DNA of 64,000 nt from the human T2T-CHM13v2.0 reference genome, Homo sapiens (GCF_009914755.1 NC_060942.1); one strand, 5' to 3'; shown: positions 23,276 through 37,725, counted from the stretch's first letter. Numbers and translations are program-made. Notes: a model not told the origin generated them from the sequence alone.

Positions 23276-24239
23276 TTTGAGACTTACTGAGCTAAAGAAA
23301 AGCAAACGAAAGTTTATGCACAGCCATACGTTGACATTCAAACCATTCTACTTTTGAGGTAACTACATCTGGATTAAATTTAATTCAAAGATGTCAGTTA
23401 TAAACATCTCTACTGCCACCTCTTCTGTAACCTGAGTAAACTTGGATATCGGGGATCTATCTAGCCGCCTACCTCCAGTTTGTTGCCCAGTAGATTATTA
23501 TATAATTTTTTTTCTTAATTTTAGGCATCCAATACATTAATGAATTATGTCACCTTTTCATATGGGAATATGAGAACAAATATACTTCTTTTCCAGTCAA
23601 AGAAAGATTTATATTCTATGAAGAAGACATATGGGAACAAAACCCAGTATGTGTCATTTTTTTTGTTATTTTTGGTTATGGTTCAGTGTAGTCATCACAA
23701 TAGCAAAACCCCATCATTTTGCATTTGCAAACAGAGGAATGGATTGAAGTCTGCTTACTTTATAAATAAAAGCATATTTCTAGCAAGGGCTCTGGTCAAA
23801 TCATTGATTAACTTCCTTCCTCATCCCTTAGGTTGAAGAAAGAAGACTGGCACATATTATAGACCGTATCTATAAGATCCAGAAGCTGAGTTTTCCAAGT
23901 TTAAAAATATTCTACTCTTGCTAGGGAAAGGTCCTGGTTTCTCCTGTTACTCTAAGGAAGGCCTACTCTTAGGCAAGCCCATAATCTCTAGATACCTTGC
24001 CAAATTTTCATCTTGGTTTTCCCTTTTTTCTTTAACAGATGACCCCTGTAACCTCATATTTAGGTTCTCCCTCACTCCCTCATTCCCGATCCAGGTATAG
24101 TCAAACAGGGATTCCCAGAAGTGGAAAAGGAAGAAGCTTTATTGCATTCTTAACAGGATTTGTGGTGAAATGTAATTCTCTTTTGAAGGAAGGGAGGGTA
24201 TGCTGTTTATGCTTGATTTATTTATTTTTTTTGCTCTAG

Positions 24240-24311
24240 ATTAATCACAAATACCCAGAAAGACGACTGCTTGTGGCAGAATCCTGTGGAGCACTGGCAC
24301 CTTACCTTCCT
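24240..24311 (+). CDS. RELCH: RELCH coding exon (INHKYPERRLLVAESCGALAPYLP)
   Basis: tttgctctag / CCT|gtaaga; 72 nt, HEAT-like peptide. Confidence 0.95.
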
Positions 24312-24534
24312 GTAAGATTGTCTTTTTTTTTTTCTTTAAACTATTTTTCCAATAATAGAAAAACCTTTTTTTGAGTGTCTTATAGATTTTAATCCAAATG
24401 TCTCCTAGATGTGCTGTCTTAATAAAGAAAAGAGATGATCCAAAAAAGAGACTCACATTAGTACAGTATGGCATTGCAGACACATAGGTACATTACCACT
24501 GATTTTGGATGAGTATAAATATATTAAACTATAT

Positions 24535-25150
24535 CAGCAGTTCTCATAGTGTGGTCTGAGGACCCTGGGGGTTTCCTTGAGATCCTTCCAAAAAGGTCCA
24601 TGAGGAGAAAACTGTTTTCATAATAATAAGACACTTTTTGTCTCTTTCACTGTGTTGAAATTTGTATTGTTGGTGCAAAAGCAGGGATGGGCAAAAATGC
24701 TGCTGCATTAGCACTAATCAGGGCAGTGGCACCCAAATGTACTATTATAATAATGATTGTATTCTTTACTGCCATGCTTTTGCAGAAAAAGCCAATTTCA
24801 CCTAAAAAGGAGCTTGCTGAATCAGTAAAATTATTTATTTTACTAAATTTTGACCTGTGAAGCATGCATCTTTTTAATATTCTGTGAGACAAAATAGAAA
24901 GTACTCATATAAAAACCCTTTGCTGCATACTGAAAAATTATAGCCATTTGCAGGAAAAGCACTTAGGCAGTTGTTTGAGTTATGAGCTCAACTAGCTGCT
25001 TTTTTTTTAATGGGACACCAATTTTACTTCACAGAAACACTTACAGTCAAACTGGTTTTTCAGACTTGGGTATGTGGCAGACATTTTCATGAAATTGGAT
25101 GGAGTGAGAATGTCACTTCAAGGAAACCAAGTAGAGAGCATTCATTGCCA
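24535..25150. mobile_element. hAT-Charlie (Charlie1-like) DNA transposon fragment
   Basis: cagcagttctcatagtgtggtc terminus; tttgctgcatactgaa..ttcagacttgggtatgtggcagacattttc transposase remnant. Confidence 0.65.
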
Positions 25151-26778
25151 GTGGATTTATACTCCTACTAACAGTACCTTGGAGTTTTTATTTTCCCATA
25201 CCTTCACCAGGAACTAGGCACGGTGAAATTTTTTTAATGTTTTTCTAGTGGAAGAAAATGCCTTATTGTTGTGATAAATCATACAGATTGATGCAAATGG
25301 TTTTGAGCATCTTATTATTTATTGTTCCAAGACAGATGAGCATCCCTTGCTCTCAAAGGATAAATAGGCTGTTCTACTCTGATCCTAGAATACTAAGCAG
25401 TATTAATAATAGATACAATGTTTCCTCAGCGGATCTATGTTTGCCTTCTGCGTACCCCATTGTCACTGATAGCAGCAAAATGTCTCTACATTGGCAGTTT
25501 CTCAGTGTGTTCATGACTTAAATAGAGTAATGCCTCCTGACCAATGCTCTGGTGGGGTCCCTGTGGCATACTAAAACTGATTGCCACAGTTGACCCTTGC
25601 CTAAATCAGCATAAAGCAAATGCCCACTTGAAGCTTATTTTCCTCTGTCATATTGCCTTGTGTGGATACCAACCAACAAGTCCCTTTAAATAGTTTAAGA
25701 TATTTTAGGGCAATTTTTAGCCTAAAAAGTAAATAAATGAGGCTGTACCAAAAGATGTTATATATTCACCAACCTAAATGTGTTTTAAGATATGCTAAAA
25801 TTGCATGTATTTTTGTTTCTAAAAAGTGAAAACCAGACTTTTTAAAAATGTCTCTCAAGCCTTGCTCTACATACCAAATCATGCTGTAAATTTATGCAAA
25901 TAGCCATGTCATCTGCCTTTATTTTTATTTTATCGTAGTTATTGTATGTAAAAAGGACCTAAACAAGTTTATGTTTTAAGAATTTTATAAATTGCAATAT
26001 TAGTACAAGTAGGAGAGGAGGAGCATGAATTTGTATATTGGTAGCTCTTTATCCTAACCTCAGCCATTAAGCTAAAACACTCTATCATAACTGGAAAATA
26101 TTCTGTGTGAAATCAAGGCACAGCAGTGGGTGTACATTATATTAACTATTAGCATAAAAAAGAGCAATGCAATTTTTAAGTACTTTTAAAGTTCACTCTC
26201 TTATTTTATTATCCTTTTTTTCCCACTTCTTCAAAGAAATAGGAATGCCAGGATTTTAGGTTTCCTCACCATATCCCAGACAAATTTTCTAATTGCCAGA
26301 GAGATTTTTGTAGTTCCTCCTGTTAAAACTCTCAGTGCTCTTCTCTGAGTGAAACAAATAGTGACACGAGAGTCATTGTCCATTTGTAGTAGAGTTTGTA
26401 GTAGACTTTGTTGATTTGTTGAAAGTGCCTCCTAGTGTGAACTGCAAGGATTTGAGAGATTTTTACATATTTAGTAAAGATATAAAAAACATGCTGAGAG
26501 ATGATTAATAAATACCAAATTCAAAGTAGATATTACTGCCTCTAGAGAGGAAGGGATTTGGGCATGAGTGATATTTTTGCTGTATCTGTAATGTTTTATG
26601 TCTTCAAAAAAAAAAGGTCTGAAGCAAAATCTCTGTACATCAACAGTTAGTCAGCATTTTTAATAAAAATGTTAATACCTGTTTAATCTGGATTTTGACC
26701 ACACTGATGTTTGTCATATTATTTTCTATACTTCTGTGCTTAGGTGTAAATAAATAGTAAAAACATGTTTATTTTCAG

Positions 26779-26919
26779 AAAGAAATCCGTAGCTCCTTGG
26801 TTCTTTCAATGTTGCAACAAATGTTAATGGAAGATAAGGCAGATTTGGTAAGAGAAGCTGTTATCAAAAGCCTTGGTATCATTATGGGATACATTGATGA
26901 TCCAGACAAATATCATCAG
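26779..26919 (+). CDS. RELCH: RELCH coding exon (KEIRSSLVLSMLQQMLMEDKADLVREAVIKSLGIIMGYIDDPDKYHQ)
   Basis: attttcag / CAG|gtatgt; 141 nt. Confidence 0.95.
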
Positions 26920-27342
26920 GTATGTTTTTCAGAATGAACTGATTTTACTCCATTATAAAATTCCAAGTATTATAATATTCCAAATCTCTGATTTAGATAC
27001 TTTATAATGTATCATAAGGATGGCAGGTATGTCAACTTTAGTCATCTGGGGATGGCTGCCTGGTTTCAATTTTGCAGCTCAGAGGAGAGAATGCTACACT
27101 TCAGTTATAGTATCTGCCACAGCTTTCTGGCAGGAAATTGGCAAGAGGTATTCTATGTTTACCACTCCCTCTCTTTGGTTTGCTCATCAGTGGATACATG
27201 GCAAGGCTAGGATTATGGATGGCCTTCTTTCTTGCTTAAAAATATGTTCTTAATTTATTGAAATTTTTATTACTTTTTATTAAGTGTTTTATTTTAAGTT
27301 TATCCCTTTAAAAATCTACATTTGCCTTTTTCTCATTGACAG

Positions 27343-27507
27343 GGTTTTGAATTGTTGCTGTCAGCCTTGGGTGATCCCTCAGAAAGAGTAGTTAGTGCTA
27401 CACATCAAGTATTTTTACCAGCTTACGCTGCGTGGACTACAGAACTTGGAAATTTACAGTCTCATCTTATACTTACACTACTGAACAAGATTGAAAAACT
27501 TCTCAGG
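27343..27507 (+). CDS. RELCH: RELCH coding exon (GFELLLSALGDPSERVV...KIEKLLR)
   Basis: cattgacag / AGG|gtaagt; 165 nt; overlaps ORF 27352..27561. Confidence 0.95.
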
Positions 27508-28154
27508 GTAAGTTCTTCTTTTGTTTATATAGTTTGTAGAAACTTAAAAGGTCTGTCCTAAGCCATCTTGGAACAATGTTAGAGAACAGAGACAGAAAGT
27601 GCCCTTAGCTTAACATACTAATACATTACCAGTTAAAGATGCTGTTGGACTGGAGCCAAGAAAGAGATTTGAGGAAGTTTTGCTTTGCTGAAGCTGGAGG
27701 AAGAGAAAGGGCATGATGTGCATTTGTTAACTGAAATGCACCTTCATGGAAGTAACTCCTACATTATTCAGAAAGCCAGCTCTTTCTTGACCCTTCTGAG
27801 TACTTAAATATTTTACACAAACCATCAACTCTAGTTCCAGAATGCAGAGAAAATGAGTCTCTAAAGCTTTCTTACATAGTGTCAAAATTGCTTTAACTGT
27901 GGTTATTCCACTCCAGTAGTTCATTTCTCATTTTTAAAATGAACTTTTAATTTTTCCCACATACAAGAATTAAAGAAATGTTGATGGAACAATAGAAACT
28001 TCTTGATCTAATTTTTGTATTAAAAGTTTCTTTTAGAGACTAGAAGAGAAATTATTATTTGTGTAGTGCATATTATGTGCCAAATCTATAAAAAGAGATA
28101 GGAAGTAGGAGAGGGGAAGTATTATAGCATGAAATGCTGCTGGGTTAGCGTTTG

Positions 28155-30040
28155 AGCATTTCTATATGCCAACAGTGAATAAGCTAAAAAAAAAATCAAG
28201 AAAGCAATCACATTTACAATAGCTTTATAAAAAATGCTTAGGAATATATATAACCAAAGAGATGAAGGATCTCTGCCATGAAAACTATAAAACACTGATG
28301 AAAGAAATTGAAGAGGAAATGTTAAAAAAAAAAGATATCCATATTTAGTTGTTCATAGAAGAATTAATATTGTTAAAAATGTGTATACTACCCAAAGTGA
28401 TCTACAGATTCATTGCAATCCCTATCAAAATATGGAGGACATTCTTTAAGATATAGAAAAAGCAATCTGAAAATTCATGTGGAACCACAAAAGACCCTGA
28501 ATAACCAAAGCAAGCCTGAGCAAAAAGAACAAATCTGGAAAAAGTGCACTATCTGACTTCAAAATATACTTCAAAGCAGTAGTAACCAAACATCTTGGTA
28601 TTGGCATAAAACAGACATATTGACCAGTGTAATAGAGTAGAGAACCCAGAAATAAATTCACACATTTACAGCCAGCTCATTTTTGACAAAGGCACCAAGA
28701 ACATATATTGAGGAAAGGACAGTTTCTTCAGTAAGTCAACTGAAAATGGATTAAAGACTTAAATGTAAGACATGAAACTACTAAAAGAAAACATTGTTTC
28801 AGTACGTTGGTCTGAGCAAAGATTTTTGAAGAAAGATCTCAAAAGCATAGGCAACAAAGCAAAAATAGACAAATGGGATTATATTAAAGTAAAAAGCTTC
28901 CGCGCAGCAAAGGAATCAGCAGAGTGAACAAACAGCCTACAGAATGGGAGAAAATATTTGCAAACTCTCCATCCAACAAGGGATTAATAACCAAAATATG
29001 TAAGGATTCAAACAACTCAACAGCAAAAAAAAAAAAAAAAAAAAAAATCCAATTAAGGAATGGGCAAATGATCTGAATAAACACTTCTCAAAAGAAGACA
29101 TATGGCCAAAAGTTATATGAAGAAGTGTTTAACCTCACTAATCATCAGGTAAATGCAAATCTAAACCAAAATGAAGTATCATGTCACCCCAGTTGAAATG
29201 ACTATTATTAAAAAGACAAAAAAAAAAAAAAAAAGATGCTGGTCAAGGTGTGGAGAAAGGGGAACCTTCGTACACTGTTGGTAGGAATGTAAATTAGTAC
29301 AGCCACTATGGAAAACAGTGTGGAAGTTCCTCACAAAACTAAAAACAGAAATACCTGTAATCCACCAATCCCACCACTGGGTATATATCTAAAAGAAAGG
29401 AAGTCAGTATATTGAAAAGATATATACTTTCAAGGACTTACATGTTGAGTTTCAAGCACTCACATATTTCTTACAGCACTATTCATAATAGTCAGGATAT
29501 AGAATCAACCTAAGTGTCCATCAGTAGATGAATAGATAAAGAAAATATGGTATATATAAACAATGGAATATTATTCAGCCATTAAAAAAAGAATGCTATC
29601 CTGTCGTTTGCTGCAGCAGGTAGCCTAGAGGACATTATGTTAAGTGAAATAAACCAGGCACAGAAAGACAAATATTGAATGTTCTCACTCACATGTGGGA
29701 GCTTAAACAGTTGATCTCAAGGAGGTAAAGAATGAAATGGACCAGAAGCTGGGGTCTGGGGGAGTAATGAACAGAAAAATACAGTTAGATAGAAGAAATA
29801 CATTCTAGTGTTTGATAGCACAGTAGGGTGACCATAGTTAACAATAATGTGTTATATATTTGAAAAATAGCTAGAAGAGAAAATTTGGAATGTTCCTAAC
29901 ACAAAGAAATGATACACGTTCGAGGTGATGCATATCTCAATACCTTGATTCAATCATTACACATTGTATGCCTGTATCAAAATATCTCATGGTACCCCGT
30001 AATATGTACAATTATTTATGTATCAATTCTAACAAGAAAA
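28155..30040 (+). mobile_element. L1MA-type 3' portion (ORF2 end plus 3' UTR)
   Basis: ORF2-like ctacagattcattgcaatccctatcaaa..; 3' UTR gtgaccatagttaacaataat..cattacacattgtatgcctgtatcaaaatatc. Confidence 0.9.
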
Positions 30041-30354
30041 AAGATAAAGTGATTCCTGTCCCTTACTTTAATTTCTTTACCCTGTCTTATAAAATTTCAA
30101 AAGATAAGACCTTCTCTAATGAAAAAGTAAAATTACAAAAACTATTCCCTACAAATGGAAATGACTGATGTTTACCCTATAGTTTTCCATGTAAAAGATT
30201 CTACCACTCTAGAGTGCCTTACTGCTTGTTTGAGTCCAACATAAAGGTCCTTAAATCTTTGATTTGCCACAGTAAGGAAGAACATCATACATAAATCCAA
30301 TTAGCAATGTAACTTCAAAAGACTAAAATTAGCTTCCACCTCCTTATGTTTCAG

Positions 30355-30502
30355 GAAGGAGAACATGGACTGGATGAACACAAACTCCACATGTATCTTT
30401 CTGCCTTGCAGTCCTTGATCCCATCTCTCTTTGCATTAGTGCTACAGAATGCACCTTTCTCCAGCAAAGCCAAGCTTCATGGTGAAGTGCCACAGATAGA
30501 AG
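30355..30502 (+). CDS. RELCH: RELCH coding exon (EGEHGLDEHKLHMYLSALQ...EVPQIE)
   Basis: tgtttcag / AAG|gtactg; 148 nt, phase 0-1. Confidence 0.95.
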
Positions 30503-31613
30503 GTACTGAACTTAAATTCTGGAAGAAAAATGTAGAATATTAGCAGCCTAGCTTCCCAAAGAATTGTTTTTTATTAAAAGTCTAAAAATCACTTTATATG
30601 ACAGCATAATTTTTAAAATGTATTATGTGTGTAGAATCTCATGGTCATAAGATTATACGTATGGTAAACAATATGGCTTCATCTTTTATGGATAAGCCCC
30701 ATTGTCTTATTTTATAATACTTATACTTTCTTGTTGCTCTTAATCTATAGCCTTTTTATAGCCTTTCTGGGGAGGCTGAAATAAATATTTCCTTCCATTA
30801 ATAGATCTGAGTCAACAAAAGATTCTTTTAATAGTTACTAGTGCCAGTATATGAAGCTTGTCATTTCTGCTTTCTTTATATTTTCTTCCCCAACTTTTTA
30901 ATTTTATTTTTAATAGAGGAAGGTAAATATAATTACTTTTTTCTACTATGTCCTTGATAGAAAGAAATATAAAAGCATCTGTGGCAGAATTTGTGTTTTT
31001 CCAAAGAAGAAATGTGACTTACTTTCAGAAGTACATAAAATTGACAGGAGAGGCCAGTATTTTCTTATCTTACTCTCCGAGTAGCTAGTAAATGACCTTT
31101 GAAACTTGACAGGCAATTGATAACCCTGTTGCACCTTAACGTCCAGGACAAATGGCTATAGACAAGCTATTGCTATGTATCAGGCACCTTTGCAGCCTTT
31201 TCAGAGTTGTGAAATTATCCATGTCTCTTACTGGTGTCTAATGGACAAAGAATTATAACATTGAGAACATCAACAGACAATCTTCTTGAATTTCATTTTT
31301 CATGTAAACTGTAGGCTACCTATAATATTTGGAGTATGATGCAGTGTGTCCAAAGATACATGAAGCCACATGATAAAAATAGTGTATACTATTTGGATGT
31401 CAGTTTTATTTGGAAAATTGAGAATGAATGGTGTGGAGTTAATTTAACATTTTTAAATTGAGGAGAATGAAAATTCAGACTTTAGATAAGACTTCATAAA
31501 GCTCTCCCAGCTGGCCACTTCAGGTTCTACCCCTTTACTCTTACTCATTTAGGCATTTCATCTGCCTAGGGATTTTCCTATCTTTCTAATTCCCTTTTTC
31601 TTTTTAGCTTTCT

Positions 31614-32073
31614 GTATTCGTTTACTATGGCTGCCTTAACAAAGGACCACCAACTGAGTGGCTTAAACAACAGAAATTTATTATCTCACACTTCTGAATT
31701 TTAGAAGTCTGAGATCAAGGTGTTGGCAGGGTAGGCCTCTTAGGGAAACTGCGAGGTAAAGGCTGTTCTGGGCTCTCCCCTGGCTTCTGGTGGTTTGCTG
31801 GCACTCTTTAGTGTTTCTTGGCTTTTAGATGCATCACCCCAAACCTTGCCTTTATCTTCACGTGGCACACTTTCTGTGTGCTTGTTTCTGTGTCCAGATT
31901 TTCCCTTCTTATAAGGACATCGGTTGTGTTGGATAAGCGACTACTTCAGTATGATTTCATCTTGTCTAACTACATCTACAGCAACCCTATTTCCAAATAA
32001 GATCCCATTCTGAGATACTATAGGTTAGGACTTAAACATAAAAATTTGGGCGGGGGGCAGTTCAACTCATAAT
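31614..32073. mobile_element. MLT1 (MaLR) LTR
   Basis: tgtattcgtt..ggcttaaacaacagaaatttattatctcaca..ccctatttccaaataagatcccattctgag. Confidence 0.82.
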
Positions 32074-32835
32074 ACTTGTTATCATTCTCTCATTTATTTA
32101 ACAAATGATTCTTAAATGTCATCTATTGCCAAGCATATGCTGGAGATTAGATAGAACAGTATCATCCTGAACATATCCTTCTAATACTTATGGGATTCCC
32201 TTCTAACATTTATGTGACCTTTTCTTGTGATTGTCCTTTATTTTTCATTCTTGTTGACTTAGTTTAACTTTCTGACTTTTAACAGTAGCTATAAATGTTA
32301 ATGTTACTATACCTTCATTTAGGTTATAATGTATTTATTATAAATAAGGATTTATTATATCCTTATTTAGGGTATATCCATATGTCTATATGTCCGTTTA
32401 TATATACACACACATAAAATTTGGGTTATAACTTGTTATGAATGAAGATTTGTTTTCTCATAAAAATGGTAACCCACACAAATATTTTTAGTACCAATTT
32501 ATTACACAACATGAACAAATATTTATGTCAGGCATTGTTTTAGACACTTAGGACACAATCATGAGTAAAATAGATAAAAATTTCTGCTCATAGAGCTTAC
32601 ATTCTGCTGTGGGAATAAAATCTTTTGAGATTTGTTGGATTTGTTCTCATATCACAGGAATTTCTTGATTTTCCTAAAAATGACTTAATTAGTGTATTTC
32701 AATTTTATATTTAAAATTTACAATAAGAAAGTAATTAAATATGAGGAGAAAGGACCTTATTTTCCTTTCAACAGAATATCTAAGTTCCCAAAATGCCAAT
32801 TTCCATATGATTTATTTTGCTTCTTTTATGTGTAG

Positions 32836-32992
32836 TGACTAGGTTTCCTCGGCCTATGTCGCCTCTTCAAGATGTGTCCACTATTATCGGAAGTCGTGAG
32901 CAATTGGCAGTGCTGCTGCAACTTTATGACTACCAGCTAGAACAAGAGGGTACAACAGGCTGGGAGAGTTTACTGTGGGTTGTCAATCAATT
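32836..32992 (+). CDS. RELCH: RELCH coding exon (VTRFPRPMSPLQDVSTIIGS...WESLLWVVNQL)
   Basis: tatgtgtag / TT|gtaagt; 157 nt, phase 1-2. Confidence 0.95.
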
Positions 32993-33575
32993 GTAAGTTA
33001 CCACCTCCATATTAATTTGAATAGATGATAACTCTTATATTTAGCCTTGGCCCTAAGAACAAAATATAACAAAACTTTTAAAATGTAACTCGGCATCATT
33101 TTTGGTAAACACCTTTAGGACACAGAGGATTCACACCATTGGATATGTAATTTATCTGAGAAGAAGATGTTGCTGTATTTTATCCAAATGATCTATCTGC
33201 CATCTTGTTTGTCCAATCGTGGTGATGGATTTTAAACTACATCTAGACTTCTCATTTTTGAGGCTAAAATGATGCCATGTAAAGCCAAGCTCTTGTGTGA
33301 AGCATCAGATCCATAGATTTGAGTCACATTAACTCTGTACTCGGAATTCTACCATTAAGGTTTCATATATTTTCTGGCAAACAGTTAAAATTTACTTTTT
33401 TAAGTCTATACAGTATAATGTAATCTTACAACCTATTCAGAGGGTCCCAGACAATGCCTTTCCTTTCAAAGAACGAAATAGAACAGGTTATTAGATTTGC
33501 ATTGTTTCAGAAATTGGCAAGGAAACAGTAATTTATATGTATCCCCTGCCTATTTTTCTTTCCTTTCATATTCAG

Positions 33576-33699
33576 GTTGCCACAACTTATAGAAATAGTT
33601 GGCAAAATTAATGTTACTTCAACTGCCTGTGTCCATGAATTCTCCAGATTTTTCTGGCGCCTTTGCCGGACATTTGGCAAAATTTTTACAAACACTAAG
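33576..33699 (+). CDS. RELCH: RELCH coding exon (LPQLIEIVGKINVTSTACVHEFSRFFWRLCRTFGKIFTNTK)
   Basis: catattcag / AAG|gtaaaa; 124 nt, phase 2-0. Confidence 0.95.
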
Positions 33700-35547
33700 G
33701 TAAAAACTTGTATTCCATGTTTTCTTATATGAAAAAGACATAGAAATGTAATGTGTTAACACTGTAACAGGGTAAATAAAAGCATGAACCATTCTTTTAT
33801 CTAATTCGCTTCTTTAATATCCTAGAATACTATGATAGTAAAAAAAAGTTCTAGTTGGTAATATTCTTATCTTTACTGATTTTCAGAAGATGATTTAGCC
33901 TAAGCTTAGTTCATATCCAGACTTGGATATAAGCTTTACTCATTGTAGATATCCTCAAAGATTTTCAATATAGGAAGTGTCAGCTAGGGAACTCAACCAC
34001 AATCCTTTGAATGTGCTGCTGGTACTTACTGTCTATCACAGGTTCAGGAAGCAGCTGTTTGCTCAGCACACTTTGGTAAAAACCTCAAGCGATTATGGAA
34101 CCACAGCAACTTATATATAAAACTTGCTGCGAAGATGCCACCTCTTAGAATAGCATGGACACTGGAGATAAATTCTACATGTTTCAGTCATTACCAAAAG
34201 TATCATTTGTCACATTTGCCTATCCAGGTTATTTTGTAGTTTCAAATATTAACATTGGAATGTCATTAGATCCTAATTTATTCATTAATCCTATTAATCC
34301 ATTTGTCTTCATAACATTTTGTTAAGCCAGTACTTTAGAGAGCTAATAAAAACATAAAAAGGTGTAGTTTCTATAATCAAATGTTAATAAACACATTTAA
34401 AAGGTAAGCATTTTAATTATTAAATTTAATTTAGTGTAGCTCTTTACTATTAAATCTATAGTTGAAACATTTAAAGTAAATAGTATGCTATAAGGAACTG
34501 GACAAAATTCAGAAGACTTGGGTTATGGTCCTATTATCTGTTGACTAATGTTTATGATCTTTACTATTTAAGTTAAATTATGTGGGCTTAGTCTTTTCAT
34601 GTGTGAAATGAAGAATTTGCTTCAGTGTCTTTTAATTCTCTTAGCGCAATTCAGTACATGAACCTTTTAACATTGGCCTTTCTCTCAGTTTAAGCTAAAT
34701 ATATAAATTAATGTGCCTCACCTACAGAGAGGAGGGCAAAAACCAGACCTTGATGTTATTGTAGGAAAAACAAAATTAAAATTATTTTGTATTTTTCACT
34801 AGCATTCAGTTGTTAAACAAATATAATTTGATTTTCCTGTTATCAATATTGGCAAAAATTGTTTGATATCTCCAAAACAAGTAGCTATTTTTTTTTTTAG
34901 AAAAGCAAGTAGGAATCTACTTATGTACTTAACAGTAAGTGGTTGTCTTCAGTGGCCTGAAATCTGTGATAATTTTAATAATAAAAAATTTAAACAAACC
35001 TCTGTTCTAACTTAACATATTAAAGTTAAATTCTGTATTTCATATTTCAATTTGAAAAGTTGTAATAAAAGATGAACATAAATATCACAGGATGAATATG
35101 TTACTTACTAAACACCTGAAGTGACTGGAATTTCCTTTTCGTTTTTTAAAAATACAGGCAAATGCTTTTTTCGATAATTCTAACCATGTAATATCTACCT
35201 AAATAATCCTTCTATAACCAAGTTCAGTTTTAGAAGGCAGTAATTTCAACCACTTAAAATCATATTGGAAATTATTTTAATTTAATAAAAGAAACCAGAG
35301 GCCATTCACTTGTTGACTTGAGTTGATTTTTTCAAAAATTTATCCTTAAAGTTTTTATTTTCATTAATTTGACTCTTCTATCCTAAGCCTCATGATTAAG
35401 AATTATTACATTTCTGACCACTTAACTTAGTCATCTATAAAGCTAAATAAATAAATGAATAGTAGTAGCAACAGTAGTAAACATTTCATTTAATCAATTT
35501 GCCCATTGAACCTGAGACTTTTTGAATCTTCTCTTTGGGTTGCTTAG

Positions 35548-35596
35548 GTAAAACCTCAGTTCCAGGAGATTTTAAGACTATCTGAAGAAAACATTG
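35548..35596 (+). CDS. RELCH: RELCH coding exon (VKPQFQEILRLSEENI)
   Basis: ttgcttag / TTG|gtgagt; 49 nt, phase 0-1. Confidence 0.93.
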
Positions 35597-36247
35597 GTGA
35601 GTTTGTTCATTATTACTTTTAAAAACAATTGCATTTCTTTATGCAGGAAAAATACTATATTCTCCATATATGTAAATTGTATAAATGAACTAGCAACTAC
35701 AATTGAAAAGGAAAACTTATATTATGGAGTTCTTGGTTTTATAACTGTGTCACATCTAATATCCTTCCCATTAGTGGCAGTGAGATTAATCCCTGTCAAT
35801 CTGATTGTGAATATATACCTTCATTGTAACCAAATTGATATAAGGCTGAGCTTTACAACCTGGGTACTCAACCTTTAGAGGTCTGAAGTAGTATATTCAA
35901 GAGACTGACAATTATAAAATAAGCTGCATCTAATTCCTAATTAGTTCTATAATACTTTTAAAAATTAAACATAGTGGAAAAGAACGGTATATAAGCATAT
36001 ATGTTTTCAAAATGAAACATGAGAGAAACTACAGACTTGAATGGGTAGCTCCAGCTACTTCATTGATAGTTTTCACTCATCTACTTTAACGAGTCTAGTT
36101 ATGGTACCATTGGCCTAAGGACTTGTTTATGTATGGATCTTGTGTCCCTATGTATTTTTCTAGTTTCTAGGAATAAACTGTGGAACATGTGTAGCACCCC
36201 CACCCCCATTTTTAATTTGGTTGATTTTGAATATATATCTCTCTATA

Positions 36248-36277
36248 TATAGAATATATATATAGTCTAGGTATATA

Positions 36278-36308
<31 letters not shown>

Positions 36309-36331
36309 ATAGAATATATATATAGTCTAGG

Positions 36332-36367
<36 letters not shown>
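36248..36367. repeat. Tandem duplication of a 60-bp unit containing (TA)n and (TG)n
   Basis: tatagaatatatatatagtctaggtatatatgt(gt)n occurs twice with a period of exactly 60. Confidence 0.92.
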
Positions 36368-36371
<4 letters not shown>

Positions 36372-37725
36372 TGTGTATACATATATATATATACACACAC
36401 CTTAGTGGTTTGAGTTGAATGGTCTAGAAAACACCAGTTTTGGCAGTCCTCAGAAGTAGTCAGAAAATGAATAAATTAATTCTTTTAAGCCTGAAGACAT
36501 TGAAGAGATTTGGGGTGTGGGGGCGGTGGACAAATAACTCCTAATGTTTATTTTTAATGTCTTTTTAAAGGATTGATTTTATAATGCCTAAATTGTTGGT
36601 AATATATGTTTATTATTAATTCTTGTGATAAATTAGTGAAGAAAAAAGGTAAATATTTTAAAAACTGACAGCTTTTGGAATTATTAGTTAGCCATGAATG
36701 TTTAGCTGTTGAAATAAATAGGAAGTGATTATCAACCCCTGTAATAATCTATGAATATACTTTAAGCTTATGTTCTAACATTAACATCCACACTCCCTCC
36801 CCAAAAAAGGTACTCTCACCAAGAGAATAAACAAACCTCAAATACTAATTAATGTGAAAATGGAACTGTCTTTTTTGCAAAATTTCTTCAGGGCAGTTAA
36901 ATAAATCTTTTCAACTCAATTTCTTTATGTAGTACCCTCAGAAAATAATTTAAAGCCATATAAAAAATAAGTATAGTATAGTAAAAAACTATTCTTGGGA
37001 ATATAACAGCAAACTAAAGCACTTAAAACAATGCCTCATGATCAGTAAATAAAAGCTGTTGGTGCTGTGAATGATAATTGTCCTCTCACAACTTTTCTTT
37101 TGAAATTGTCCACAGAGGGTGTATAAGAAAATCTCTTACAAAGCAGTTACAGGGCACAGAACTATGGTTGCATACTTTCCCCTTTTTCTCTGCTTTACTT
37201 AGCATGATTCCTTCCCCCTCCATGAAAATAATCAGGGCTCTGTCTGGCTGAAAACCCTACTGAGGATGCAGGAGGGGCTCAGGAACTCAGGCTAGTACTG
37301 AAAACTACCTCATATCTAGAAATAGATCAAATAACATATATCTATGTGCTTTTAGGTGAGTGTGTTTACATTTTAGTAAACTGCAAATTGAAAGCATAAA
37401 AATTTTGGACAACCTGCCTATAGGGACGCTTAGAAGACTTTCAAGAAGAAAGTTCTGATTTCCAATTATGGAAATCAAGAGTATACCATCTCATTTGGGT
37501 TATTAAAATTCTTTGCCATTTATCAGAAATGTTTATGCTAGTGGCTCTTCAGGAAACACTAAGTTGTATTTTACAACCACCAATAAACATATGTTTTCCA
37601 AAGTAATGATAATACTTACTTGTAACCTAGTAAACAGTTGTAATTTTAAATATAATCGCATTATGATTTTTTTCTTTACACTTAAAATATACTTATGTTT
37701 TTTTTAATTATTTTAATAATTTTAG

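Noticed and set aside
36160-36400. His/Thr-repeat ORFs
   Set aside because: Translation of the (CA)n/(TA)n duplication.
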